Shown here: positions 39,373-47,794 of the stretch, one piece after another
Numbering within the stretch: the stretch's first letter is position 1
Layout of the letters: each line of letters begins with the position of its first letter
Origin: Gemmatimonadota bacterium
Lineage (GTDB): Bacteria; Gemmatimonadota; Gemmatimonadetes; Gemmatimonadales; GWC2-71-9
Length of the DNA stretch: 64,000 nucleotides
Assembly: GCA_039586365.1 (NCBI GenBank)
Contig: JBDHKN010000034.1
Coordinates: 1 to 64,000 of the forward strand
Direction: 5' to 3'
The notes under the pieces: model-generated
What the model was told of the DNA's origin: nothing
The model's database searches: none
What the model saw: only the letters and a program-made list of their open reading frames with translations
Position numbers and translations under genes: made by a program

Positions 39373-40181
39373 ACAAGAGGCGGCGCGATCCCGACCTCGC
39401 CGCTCTGGTTGAAAAGATTGCTCGGGAACGCCACTTCGGCTTCGACGCATACAAAGAGGGTTGTCTCAGGCGACGTGTGGCAGTTCGCATGAGAGTAAGA
39501 GGCGTGACGACCTATGAGGAGTACGCTGAACTACTGGATCGCGATACGAACGAATACGAGAGTCTCCTGGACACCCTCACTATCAATGTCACCAAGTTCT
39601 ACCGTAACAGAGAGACCTGGGAAGCGTTGGCTCGGAACCAGCTTCGGGCCCTGCTACGATCGCGGGGAGGCCAGGTCCGGTGCTGGTCGGCAGGGTGTGC
39701 GTCCGGTGAGGAACCGTTCACACTGGCGATATTACTGTTCGAGACGGCAGCACATGAGCGACTCACAGCGACGGCGATTCAAATCGACGCTACCGATTTC
39801 GACTCAAACAGCCTTAACCGTGCTCGCCGTGGCGAGTACAGCAAGGCCGCGTTCGACGAAATGCCAGCGGACTTGGCTCGGCGGTACTTCAGTGATGGTA
39901 GCGTTAGGGTGGTCGACCAACGAATCAGCGGAACCGTACGGTTCCGTCGCCACGACATCACCAGAGAGCCACCACCGGAGCCGCCATACGACTTGATTAT
40001 GTGCCGGAATGTGCTGATCTATTTTGATCGCGCTACTCAGGATCGCTTAGTATCCCAGTTCATAGGGGCTCTGCGGCCCGGAGGCTACTTGGTATTGGGA
40101 AGGGCAGAGACGATACTTGGTGACCTCCGTGAGTGCGTGAAATTGGAGGATCCGCGTGAGCGCATCTATCGGCGGCCATGA
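39369..40181 (+). CDS. cheR: Protein-glutamate methyltransferase CheR
   Basis: TINVTKFYR, WSAGCASGEEP, CRNVLIYFD, GGYLVLG. Confidence 0.93.
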   Translation: MNKRRRDPDLAALVEKIARERHFGFDAYKEGCLRRRVAVRMRVRGVTTYEEYAELLDRDTNEYESLLDTLTINVTKFYRNRETWEALARNQLRALLRSRGGQVRCWSAGCASGEEPFTLAILLFETAAHERLTATAIQIDATDFDSNSLNRARRGEYSKAAFDEMPADLARRYFSDGSVRVVDQRISGTVRFRRHDITREPPPEPPYDLIMCRNVLIYFDRATQDRLVSQFIGALRPGGYLVLGRAETILGDLRECVKLEDPRERIYRRP

Positions 40182-40672
40182 GTGAGGGTCCGGCAGAGAC
40201 CCTGGTGCGTCTCGGTGCCCTTGAGGTGACTGATCAAGCAGACACCCTCATGGCGTTGGGGTTGGGCAGCTGTGTGGCCGTGATCCTTCATGATCCCAAG
40301 GCGAAGGTAGGCGGTCTCGCCCATATCCTCCTGCCATCTCAGTCGTTGTCGCGTGACAGTACGAATTTCGCACGGTCCGCCGATACGGCTGTGCCGCGTC
40401 TCCTTCAATTGATGCACGAGCGCGGTGCGACCCGCAGTCAGGTTGTGGCGCGACTAGTTGGCGGAGCGAGCATGTTTGCCGATTTGCTGGCTGCCGGCAC
40501 GGTCCATATTGGTGAGCGAAACGTCAATGCATGTAGGCTGAGCCTACGTCGGGCGGGGGTGCCCATAGTAGGAGAAGCGGTCGGTGGCCAGAAGAGCCGC
40601 TCAGTCTGGCTCGACGTGGGACGGGGTACAGTCACCGTACGCACGGTGGGTGGTGAGCCGACAACTATCTAG
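40178..40672 (+). CDS. cheD: Chemoreceptor glutamine deamidase CheD
   Basis: LGLGSCVAV, GGLAHILLP, GGASMF, IGERN. Confidence 0.92.
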   Translation: MSEGPAETLVRLGALEVTDQADTLMALGLGSCVAVILHDPKAKVGGLAHILLPSQSLSRDSTNFARSADTAVPRLLQLMHERGATRSQVVARLVGGASMFADLLAAGTVHIGERNVNACRLSLRRAGVPIVGEAVGGQKSRSVWLDVGRGTVTVRTVGGEPTTI

Positions 40673-41732
40673 TTCACAAGCCACTGTCCTCGTAGTGGAC
40701 GACAGCGCCTTCATGCGACGCATATTGGCGGATGCCATCTCCGAGTCCGATAGCTTCAGGCTGGCTGGTACGGCCCGGGACGGTGTCGACGCCATTGAGA
40801 AGGTGAACAGGCTCGAGCCAGATCTCGTAACGATGGACATCGAAATGCCGAGGCTCGGTGGGTTGGATACGATAGAGAGAATCATGCAGGAGAGTCCTCG
40901 ACCCATTGTTGTAGTAAGTGCTCATGCAGGGTTGGGTACGGCCGCGGCCATCAAAGCTCTTGAGGTGGGAGCGGTTGAGGTCGTTGCCAAACCGAGCGGG
41001 CGAGATCCCGCAGGTCTCGCCGTGATGGTTTCGTCCATGATGGCCGCTCTCACCGCGGCCGCAATGGCAGTCGTAGAGCGGACACCGCCAATATCCGTCG
41101 ACCGAGAGATCTTGTATGCCCAGGCGCATTCTGGTCGCAAGCCGCGCCATGCACGAGCTGCGGTGGCTATTGCGGCCAGCACAGGAGGTCCCCGTGCGCT
41201 CACGCAGCTGGTGCCCGCGATACCCTCGGGTCTGGGTCTTGGTACCCTCGTGGTCCAACACATGCCCGCAGGGTTTACCAAGAGCTTGGCGCAACGGCTG
41301 CATGAGTTGAGCTGCTTGACCGTCGTGGAAGCTGAGGATGGTATGGAGGTTCTGGCCGACACGGTGTACGTAGCACCCGGCGACCATCATATGCGGGTGG
41401 CCGGCCCAGACGGCCTGCTGATACGGTTGGATCGCGACACTCCCGTGTGGGGTGTGCGACCGGCGGCCGATCCACTGTTCTACTCAGTGGCGGCGCACTT
41501 TGGCCCGCGGGCGGTGGGTGTGGTGCTGACAGGCATGGGGCGAGACGGTGCTGCCGGTCTCAAGGCGATAAGAGATGCTGGGGGGAGGGGAGTCGTGCAA
41601 GACCAGGCCACCTCGGTGGTGTTCGGTATGCCAAAGGCCGCTATTGATGCAGGTGGTGCTAACGCGATTGAGCCTTTGTCGGGACTCGCGTCCGCGGTCA
41701 CTAGGTTTGTTACAAGCGAGGGAGGTCATTGA
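40653..41732 (+). CDS. cheB: Chemotaxis methylesterase CheB
   Basis: Receiver domain (VDDSAFMR, MDIEMP) plus ASTGGP, QHMP, GMGRDG; start approximate. Confidence 0.93.
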   Translation: MSRQLSSSQATVLVVDDSAFMRRILADAISESDSFRLAGTARDGVDAIEKVNRLEPDLVTMDIEMPRLGGLDTIERIMQESPRPIVVVSAHAGLGTAAAIKALEVGAVEVVAKPSGRDPAGLAVMVSSMMAALTAAAMAVVERTPPISVDREILYAQAHSGRKPRHARAAVAIAASTGGPRALTQLVPAIPSGLGLGTLVVQHMPAGFTKSLAQRLHELSCLTVVEAEDGMEVLADTVYVAPGDHHMRVAGPDGLLIRLDRDTPVWGVRPAADPLFYSVAAHFGPRAVGVVLTGMGRDGAAGLKAIRDAGGRGVVQDQATSVVFGMPKAAIDAGGANAIEPLSGLASAVTRFVTSEGGH

Positions 41733-42157
41733 AGGGTTATCTCCGCGTTCGCGCAGAGGGCACACACTACGGCCTACGGGTGGATCAGGTGCTCGAAGTA
41801 GTAGACGGGTTCGAGCTGCGTCGGGTACCGGCCACACACGAATCAGTGCGCGGTGTCACTCCGTTGCGAGGACGGCTAGTACCGCTGATTCAACTAGCCG
41901 CGCTCCTGGGTGATCGGCCACCACCGCCCACTCTTGGTGGAACCGCTGTGCTGGTGCGGTGTTCCGGATTGGTGGTGGCCTTCGAGGTGGACGATGCGGA
42001 GGAGCTCGTTGCGGAGAATCCCCTCCCTGTCCCGGACGTCTGGCGGCTTCCCTGGGCGTCAGGTGTGGGGCGCTATCGCGGGGACCTCATACCAATCATC
42101 GATCTCGAGATTCTGGCAGGGCGATTGATGCCTGGACGCGAGGGTACTGGGGAATGA
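41729..42157 (+). CDS. cheW: CheW-like protein
   Basis: YGLRVDQVLEV, RGVTPLRGRLVPLI, AFEVD. Confidence 0.8.
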   Translation: MKGYLRVRAEGTHYGLRVDQVLEVVDGFELRRVPATHESVRGVTPLRGRLVPLIQLAALLGDRPPPPTLGGTAVLVRCSGLVVAFEVDDAEELVAENPLPVPDVWRLPWASGVGRYRGDLIPIIDLEILAGRLMPGREGTGE

Positions 42158-42630
42158 GCGTGGGTGACGAGATCCAGTTGGTGACCTTTCGCCTCGGCGG
42201 GCATGAGCTTGCGTTCAACGTTTTCGAGGTAGAGCGAGTGTTGCGGTACGAGGGACCCACTCCACTGCCGGATTCCCCAGATTATCTCCTGGGGACTCTC
42301 CGCTACGGTAGCGAGGTGGTGCCGGTAGTCGATCTGCGAAAGCGGCTCCGAGTGCCCGCTACCGTGGAGGATGTTACCAGGATCATTGTGGTTCAGTGGG
42401 AACATGGAAGACTCGGAGTAGTGGTTGATGCGGTGCTCGAAGTCACCAAAGTGTCCGCCGACGAAATCGTACCACCACCGCAATTCGTGAAGGGACTTGC
42501 GGCTGAGTGCGTTGGGGGTATCGTGTCGGCGGGCGACCGGACAATAGTCGTACTCGCGGTGGCAAGGCTGCTCGCGTCCAACGAGCAGCTGAAATTGGAC
42601 ACTCTGATGGCGGAGATACCCCATGGGTGA
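42154..42630 (+). CDS. cheW: CheW coupling protein
   Basis: QLVTFRLG, VVPVVDLRKRL, GVVVDAV.EV. Confidence 0.88.
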   Translation: MSVGDEIQLVTFRLGGHELAFNVFEVERVLRYEGPTPLPDSPDYLLGTLRYGSEVVPVVDLRKRLRVPATVEDVTRIIVVQWEHGRLGVVVDAVLEVTKVSADEIVPPPQFVKGLAAECVGGIVSAGDRTIVVLAVARLLASNEQLKLDTLMAEIPHG

Positions 42631-43486
42631 ACCGATTGTTGCCCAAATGCGGGCCCTTTACAACGAGATCGTTCAGAACCTAGAGGCGGTGCGGTCCGGT
42701 GGTGATAGAGAGGCGGTCAAGCACGACATCATCGCTCTGTTCAAGACAGTCGATCAGGGCATAACAGACCTCACCGAGCTGAAGGAAGACATTAGGGTCC
42801 TGGTCGAGAAATACAAACAGCTAGCCCAGAGCACGAGCGGAGACCGGGCGCCAGAGTTCACGGGGGCTGTTCCCGCCGTCAGGGTCGACCACATCGGTGC
42901 TTCGACTTTCATCGAGAAGGGGTGGAGCCTCATCTCACTGGGGGATTATCCCGGTGCGCTACTGGCCCTGAACAAGGCGCTGTCGCTGTCACCCGGCGAT
43001 GTGCAGGCTGAGTCGTTGCTCGGCTGGGCACAGATGCTCAACGAAGACTACGATGATGCGCTGGCGACCTTTCAGCAGGTTCTCATGAAAGAGCCGGCCA
43101 ATTCCTTGGCTCGTATCAACGTTGGCTACATCTGCCTGAAGAAGGGCATTTTCGGGGAAGCGATCGAGCACCTTTCCAAGGCCATTAGGTTGGACAATGA
43201 CAAGAAGGCGACGTTGTATGCGCACTTCTACTTGGGCTTGGTGTACCTCGAGCGGGACATGTACGAGGATGCGCAGACGTTCTTTGAGAAGACACTCAGG
43301 CTCGGGCCGAATTTAGTCGAAGCGTACTACGAGCTCGGGCGCGCGCAGTGGTTCGCCGGGGACCGGGAAGGAGCGAAGGGTACCTGGGCCAGCGGATACA
43401 AGACCAACAAGTTCAACTCTTGGGGCAAACGTTGTAAGGAGACCCTCAATTTGGTAGAGCGAGGACAGGAGCCACCACGTTCGTAG
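42623..43486 (+). CDS. Coiled-coil + TPR protein
   Basis: N-terminal helical/coiled-coil segment, then about 5 TPRs. Confidence 0.85.
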   Translation: MGEPIVAQMRALYNEIVQNLEAVRSGGDREAVKHDIIALFKTVDQGITDLTELKEDIRVLVEKYKQLAQSTSGDRAPEFTGAVPAVRVDHIGASTFIEKGWSLISLGDYPGALLALNKALSLSPGDVQAESLLGWAQMLNEDYDDALATFQQVLMKEPANSLARINVGYICLKKGIFGEAIEHLSKAIRLDNDKKATLYAHFYLGLVYLERDMYEDAQTFFEKTLRLGPNLVEAYYELGRAQWFAGDREGAKGTWASGYKTNKFNSWGKRCKETLNLVERGQEPPRS

Positions 43487-44340
43487 CAGCGCTTCTCGTA
43501 GCCCTGCTGTCGCAGGACCCATCACTTGTCAGTGTCGGGCGAGCGAGTGCGGTTTTTTGGCCAGGTGATGAGTCGGGTGCGACGATCCTGGCTGAAATGG
43601 CTGACAAAGCCGGTCCTTGGCCGGGAATACCCAGTGTTTCAGAGCGGCGGGTCCGTCTGATCATCGCTCCAGACGACCAACGGTTTGACTCGCTCACCAG
43701 CAGTCGTCTGCCAGAGTGGGGTGGCGGAGCGGCGTTCCCGGGTTCGAACACGATCGTGCTGAAGCTCACCGGTGACGTGCGCAGGGTGCTGCGGCACGAG
43801 CTGGCCCATCTCGCGCTGCACAGTGTCGTCAAGCGAGTTCCCTTGTGGTTTGATGAGGGGTACGCGGCGTGGGCGTCTGGTGAGTGGGACCGTGTGAGGG
43901 CATTACGGGTAAACTGGGCGCTCCTGACTGGTGCCTCTCCTACCTTGCGGCAAGTCGAAGCAGACTTGAGGGGCAGCGTGGCCGGCGCTGAAACGGCCTA
44001 TGCGCTGGCGATGACCGCGGTGCTGCTATTGGAGCATTTGGGTGGTGACCGCGGGCTAGAGCCGTTGATCGCCAACCTGGCCGACACCCCCGATTTCGAT
44101 CGGGCGCTGCGGATCACCAATCAGATGACTCTGGGACAATTCGAGGAACTGTGGCGTCGCGAGTTGCGCACTCGCTACGGGTGGGTACTGTTTTTCGGAT
44201 CTGTGACAGTGTTCTGGGCCGTGTTGGCGCTTGTGCTCACGAGTTTATGGTGGTGGCGCCGCCAGCGGGACCGGGATCGGCGGGCGGCTCTTGACGAAGG
44301 GTGGGTCGTTCCGCTAGATGAATGGGACGCAAGTGCTTGA
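43477..44340 (+). CDS. Membrane-anchored HExxH zinc peptidase-like protein (clan MA); start uncertain
   Basis: RHELAH + PLWFDEG, C-terminal TM; frame open upstream of ATG 43597 through a signal-like hydrophobic stretch. Confidence 0.7.
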   Translation, partial: TFVAALLVALLSQDPSLVSVGRASAVFWPGDESGATILAEMADKAGPWPGIPSVSERRVRLIIAPDDQRFDSLTSSRLPEWGGGAAFPGSNTIVLKLTGDVRRVLRHELAHLALHSVVKRVPLWFDEGYAAWASGEWDRVRALRVNWALLTGASPTLRQVEADLRGSVAGAETAYALAMTAVLLLEHLGGDRGLEPLIANLADTPDFDRALRITNQMTLGQFEELWRRELRTRYGWVLFFGSVTVFWAVLALVLTSLWWWRRQRDRDRRAALDEGWVVPLDEWDASA

Positions 44341-44365
44341 CGCATATGGAACTTCCGATTAGCGT
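44337..44365 (+). promoter_or_regulatory. Putative sigma70 promoter
   Basis: TTGACG-N17-TAGCGT ending 8 nt before ATG 44374. Confidence 0.5.
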
Positions 44366-44373
44366 GAGTGTCT

Positions 44374-44556
44374 ATGTCTAAGGGTAGTTCCCCTGCTCGC
44401 CTCCACTTCCGCAGCAGGAACTTCGCTCTGCTGGGCGGTGCGCTAGTGGCGGTGGGCATCGGATACCTGCTATTGGCAGGTGGCGATACCACCTTGGCCC
44501 CGATCCTGCTTGTGCTAGGCTACTGCGTGTTGTTTCCGTTAGGCCTGGCTTTGTGA
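44374..44556 (+). CDS. Small two-TM membrane protein (DUF3098-like)
   Basis: F..RNFALL...GYLLL....TLAPILLVLGY pattern. Confidence 0.65.
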   Translation: MSKGSSPARLHFRSRNFALLGGALVAVGIGYLLLAGGDTTLAPILLVLGYCVLFPLGLAL

Positions 44557-44568
44557 AAGGGAGTGCGC

Positions 44569-44643
44569 GGGCGAATAGCTCAGTTGGTCCAGAGCGCCTG
44601 CCTTACAAGCAGGAAGTCGGGGGTTCGAATCCCTCTTCGCCCA
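44569..44643 (+). tRNA. tRNA-Val(TAC)
   Basis: Cloverleaf: GGGCGAA/TTCGCCC acceptor, CCTGC-CTTACAA-GCAGG anticodon arm, GTTCGAATC; CCA not encoded. Confidence 0.97.
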
Positions 44644-44706
44644 TAGATTCGCGGGCTGATGATGGGGTACCTGGTCACTGAAGTCATCAACGGGAGGACT
44701 GTAGTG

Positions 44707-46396
44707 GTGCAGCGCCAAACATCCCACCTGTGCTCCGTGCTCGTTTCGCTTGGTGTGCTGGCCGCTGTTGGTCTGGCGCCGGCCACCGTGGCGGGGCAAG
44801 AGCGCACACACGACCGGATTCTCATTCTGACACCGATGCCGGTGCAGCCGGGGGATTCGGGATTCGTCCATGAGATGACCCACTTCCTGCGTACTAGAGC
44901 CCAGAACAAGTTCCGGCACAAGTGGCAGGTGATATCCACGGAGAAAGTGCACGAACTCTTTGTAAGATCAGGTGGCCAGGTCCCTGCAGGCTCACGGCTA
45001 CATGTACGGGACGTTCGACCGCAGCAATGGCCAGGCCATCGCGCGGTACCGCATGGTCGATGTGAGTCGGTCCGGCCTGTCAGGCTGGCTGACAGTCGTG
45101 GGACAACTTGGTGACCCGCCCAAGGATTTCGCCGACCAGGTGGCCGATTCACTCGACAATCAAGTCAGGGCCGCCGACTACGCTAAGGACTGTACTGCCC
45201 GCCGAGACCGTTCGGATTTCAAAGGCGCCAGGGATCGCGCTGATCGGGCCTTCGCCATCTACGAGGACCACCCGTCCGCTGCCATCTGTCTTTCCTATGT
45301 TTTCGAGGCCGAGCGGGCACCGGCCGACAGCATGGTCTGGGCATACCGCAAAGCGGCCCAAGGTGATTCACTCTATATGAGGGCATGGGAGGAACTGGCT
45401 CGGCAGTACCAGCGCTTGGGTGATACGGCTGGGGCAGTTGAGGCCTACGCGCGGCAGCTCGACGCCAATCCTGGCGACATGGACATGCGTTACAACACCG
45501 CCGCGGGTTACGTAGCCACACAGCAACTGGACAGGGCCCGGGTTGTGCTGGACGAAGGCTTGGAAAGGGAGCCGGAGAATCTTCGCTTCCTAAGGCTGAA
45601 GAACCAAGTCTGTCTGGACAGTGAGGATTGGCAGTGTGCGCTCCAGACCAGCTCTCGCCTATACGATATCGACTCGACTCTGGTCGGGAGTATCGAGTTC
45701 TACGGTGCCGTCATCGGTCTGGCCACGCAGGTCGCTGATACCGCAGCCATGCTCAGGTGGTCCGGCGAGGCACTGCAACACGACCCCAACTCAGTCCGGT
45801 TCTGGCAGCTGCATACTCTATTACTCGATGCAAACGGTATGGCTGACTCGGCCTTCGTCGGGTACCAGAAGCTCGTGGAGCTCAATCCCGGGGACATCCG
45901 CAGCAAGCTGCAGGTCGCTACCAAGCTCGGGGAGCGGTTCACCGTGGATACGTTGCAGCCCCTCGACACCGCCATGGTAGAGCGCATCGACGGTCTGCTG
46001 CAGGACATACTGACCGCCACGCAGGACAGCAATATCGCAACGGCCATCGGCGTCGAATACCTGAAGGGCGCACAGAAGCTGGTGCCAGTCCAACCGGACC
46101 TGGGGGTCCAATGGGCGGACAAGGCTCTGACCAACGATCCCAGGGGTTTGCTTACAACGCAGGCCAATTTTTGGTTGGGCTATGGCATGTTCTTGCTTGC
46201 GACGCCACTGGATCAGCAGATAGTCGAGTCGCAGTCCTGCAGGCTGCTGCCCGATTACCAGAACTACTTGAGGCGGGCGACCCAAGCACTCACGATTGGC
46301 CGTAGCGTGTCGGAAGAGACTGCAAGCCAGTTGCTGGGGTACCTGCAGCAGCTAGCTGGGAGGCCGGAGCAGTTCAGGCAGAGTTTCTGCCCATAG
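44707..46396 (+). pseudogene. Secreted TPR protein split by an apparent frameshift near 44966-44972
   Basis: RBS and signal peptide in one frame (44707 to about 44970); TPR-rich body in the +1 frame (44966-46396). Confidence 0.6.
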
Positions 46397-46406
46397 CACA
46401 AAGCGC

Positions 46407-46435
46407 TTGAATAAGGGAGAGGCCCCGTCTACATT
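46407..46435 (+). promoter_or_regulatory. Putative sigma70 promoter of tRNA-Asp
   Basis: TTGAAT-N17-TACATT ending 18 nt before the tRNA. Confidence 0.6.
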
Positions 46436-46453
46436 GAAGGTCTGTGGATTTCA

Positions 46454-46527
46454 GGGGCTGTAGCTCAGTTGGTTAGAGTGCCGGTCTGTCACACCGGAGG
46501 CCGCGGGTTCAAGTCCCGTCAGCCCCG
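46454..46527 (+). tRNA. tRNA-Asp(GTC)
   Basis: GGGGCTG/CAGCCCC acceptor, CCGGT-CTGTCAC-ACCGG anticodon arm, GTTCAAGTC; CCA not encoded. Confidence 0.97.
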
Positions 46528-46552
46528 TGGAAAAACCTAGAGGTATGGATTC

Positions 46553-46590
46553 CGGCCCCGCTTGCCTAGCTTGCGGGGCCGTTGTGTTTT
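46553..46590 (+). terminator. Rho-independent terminator after tRNA-Asp
   Basis: CGGCCCCGC / GCGGGGCCG stem followed by TTGTGTTTT. Confidence 0.7.
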
Positions 46591-46596
46591 CCTAGC

Positions 46597-47520
46597 GTGA
46601 GCGTGGTATCCTATCACACCCCCGTACTCGTCGAGGAGGTCTGCCGGTTGGCAGCCGGTCGGGTGAGGATCGTCGACTGCACGCTGGGGGGTGGAGGACA
46701 TGCTGCCCGACTGGTCGGCGCGGGCGTGGAGTTACTCGGCATCGATCGAGATCCACAGGCGGTTGCTCTAGCGAGCCGCCGGATAATCGGAGCAGGAGTT
46801 CGTTGCGTCACCGCCAATTTCGCCGATCCCCGCACAATCGCAGAAGTGGCCCGTTTCAGACCCGATTTCGTACTGTTCGACTTGGGAGTCTCGAGTTATC
46901 AATTGGACGCCGATGAACGTGGTTTCTCTTTCCGACAGGCCGTCCCGCTAGATATGAGGATGAGCGTAGGGCAGGGGACGACCGCTGCCGAGTTGCTCAG
47001 TAACCTCGGCCAGAGGGAGCTGACCTCCATTTTTCGAGGCTACGGCGATGAGCCTCGAGCCTCGCGCTTGGCAGCCGCCATTGTGCGCAGACGGGAGCGG
47101 AGTGGCTTCAAGACCAGCACCGATCTGGTCAACGCCATCCGCGAGGCAGTCGGTCCGCGAGCTGGTCCCAGCGATTTTGCGCGGCTGTTTCAAGCGCTGC
47201 GGATAGCTGTGAACGACGAGATCGGTGCTCTCCAGTCTGCATTGCCGGCTTTCCTAGAGGCGTTGGAGCCCGGTGGGTCAATCGCCGTCATTAGCTATCA
47301 CTCCGGTGAAGATCGAGTGGTCAAGCGAGAGTTTCGTGAATGGGCCCGCGAATGCATCTGTCCCAGCAGTTCTCCAATCTGCACCTGTCGCGGTATAGCC
47401 TTGGGGGTGCTTGATCCCAAGAAACCTGTGCGACCCAGTGCCGCTGAGGTGGCAGCCAATCCTCGAGCGCGCAGTGCGAAGCTCAGGTCATTCCGGAAAG
47501 CGAATGCGGATCAAGGGTAG
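46597..47520 (+). CDS. rsmH: 16S rRNA m4C1402 methyltransferase
   Basis: HTPVL, DCTLGGGGH, DLGVSS, RGFSF, FQALRIAVN, SYHSGEDR, NPRARSAKLR; start approximate. Confidence 0.95.
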   Translation: MSVVSYHTPVLVEEVCRLAAGRVRIVDCTLGGGGHAARLVGAGVELLGIDRDPQAVALASRRIIGAGVRCVTANFADPRTIAEVARFRPDFVLFDLGVSSYQLDADERGFSFRQAVPLDMRMSVGQGTTAAELLSNLGQRELTSIFRGYGDEPRASRLAAAIVRRRERSGFKTSTDLVNAIREAVGPRAGPSDFARLFQALRIAVNDEIGALQSALPAFLEALEPGGSIAVISYHSGEDRVVKREFREWARECICPSSSPICTCRGIALGVLDPKKPVRPSAAEVAANPRARSAKLRSFRKANADQG

Positions 47521-47791
47521 GGTCTGGGCCGGCATCTGGCTGCTATTCGCAATTGCGGTGGCGGGGTGGGTAATTGCTCGGAACACATCGGGCTATGTAA
47601 GCGCACGGGAATCGTCCGGATTGGCGGACAGCATCGGATACCTGAAATCGCGCAAGACGGAATTGACTCAGAGAATCCGCAGGGCAGAGAGCCGTGCCGT
47701 GCTGGTTCCTAGGGCCGAATCGCTCGGACTACGCTTGCCTGCCGACAGTGAAATCGTCATCCTGCAGACACCCGGCTATGAGAGACGCTAG
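47504..47791 (+). CDS. ftsL: FtsL-like cell division protein
   Basis: Single TM + coiled coil + AESLGL; lies between rsmH and the PBP gene. Confidence 0.7.
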   Translation: MRIKGRVWAGIWLLFAIAVAGWVIARNTSGYVSARESSGLADSIGYLKSRKTELTQRIRRAESRAVLVPRAESLGLRLPADSEIVILQTPGYERR

Positions 47792-47794
47792 CTA

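Noticed and set aside
44569..46527. tRNA-anchored genomic island
   Set aside because: No integrase, no duplicated tRNA 3' end noticed, and no obvious compositional shift.
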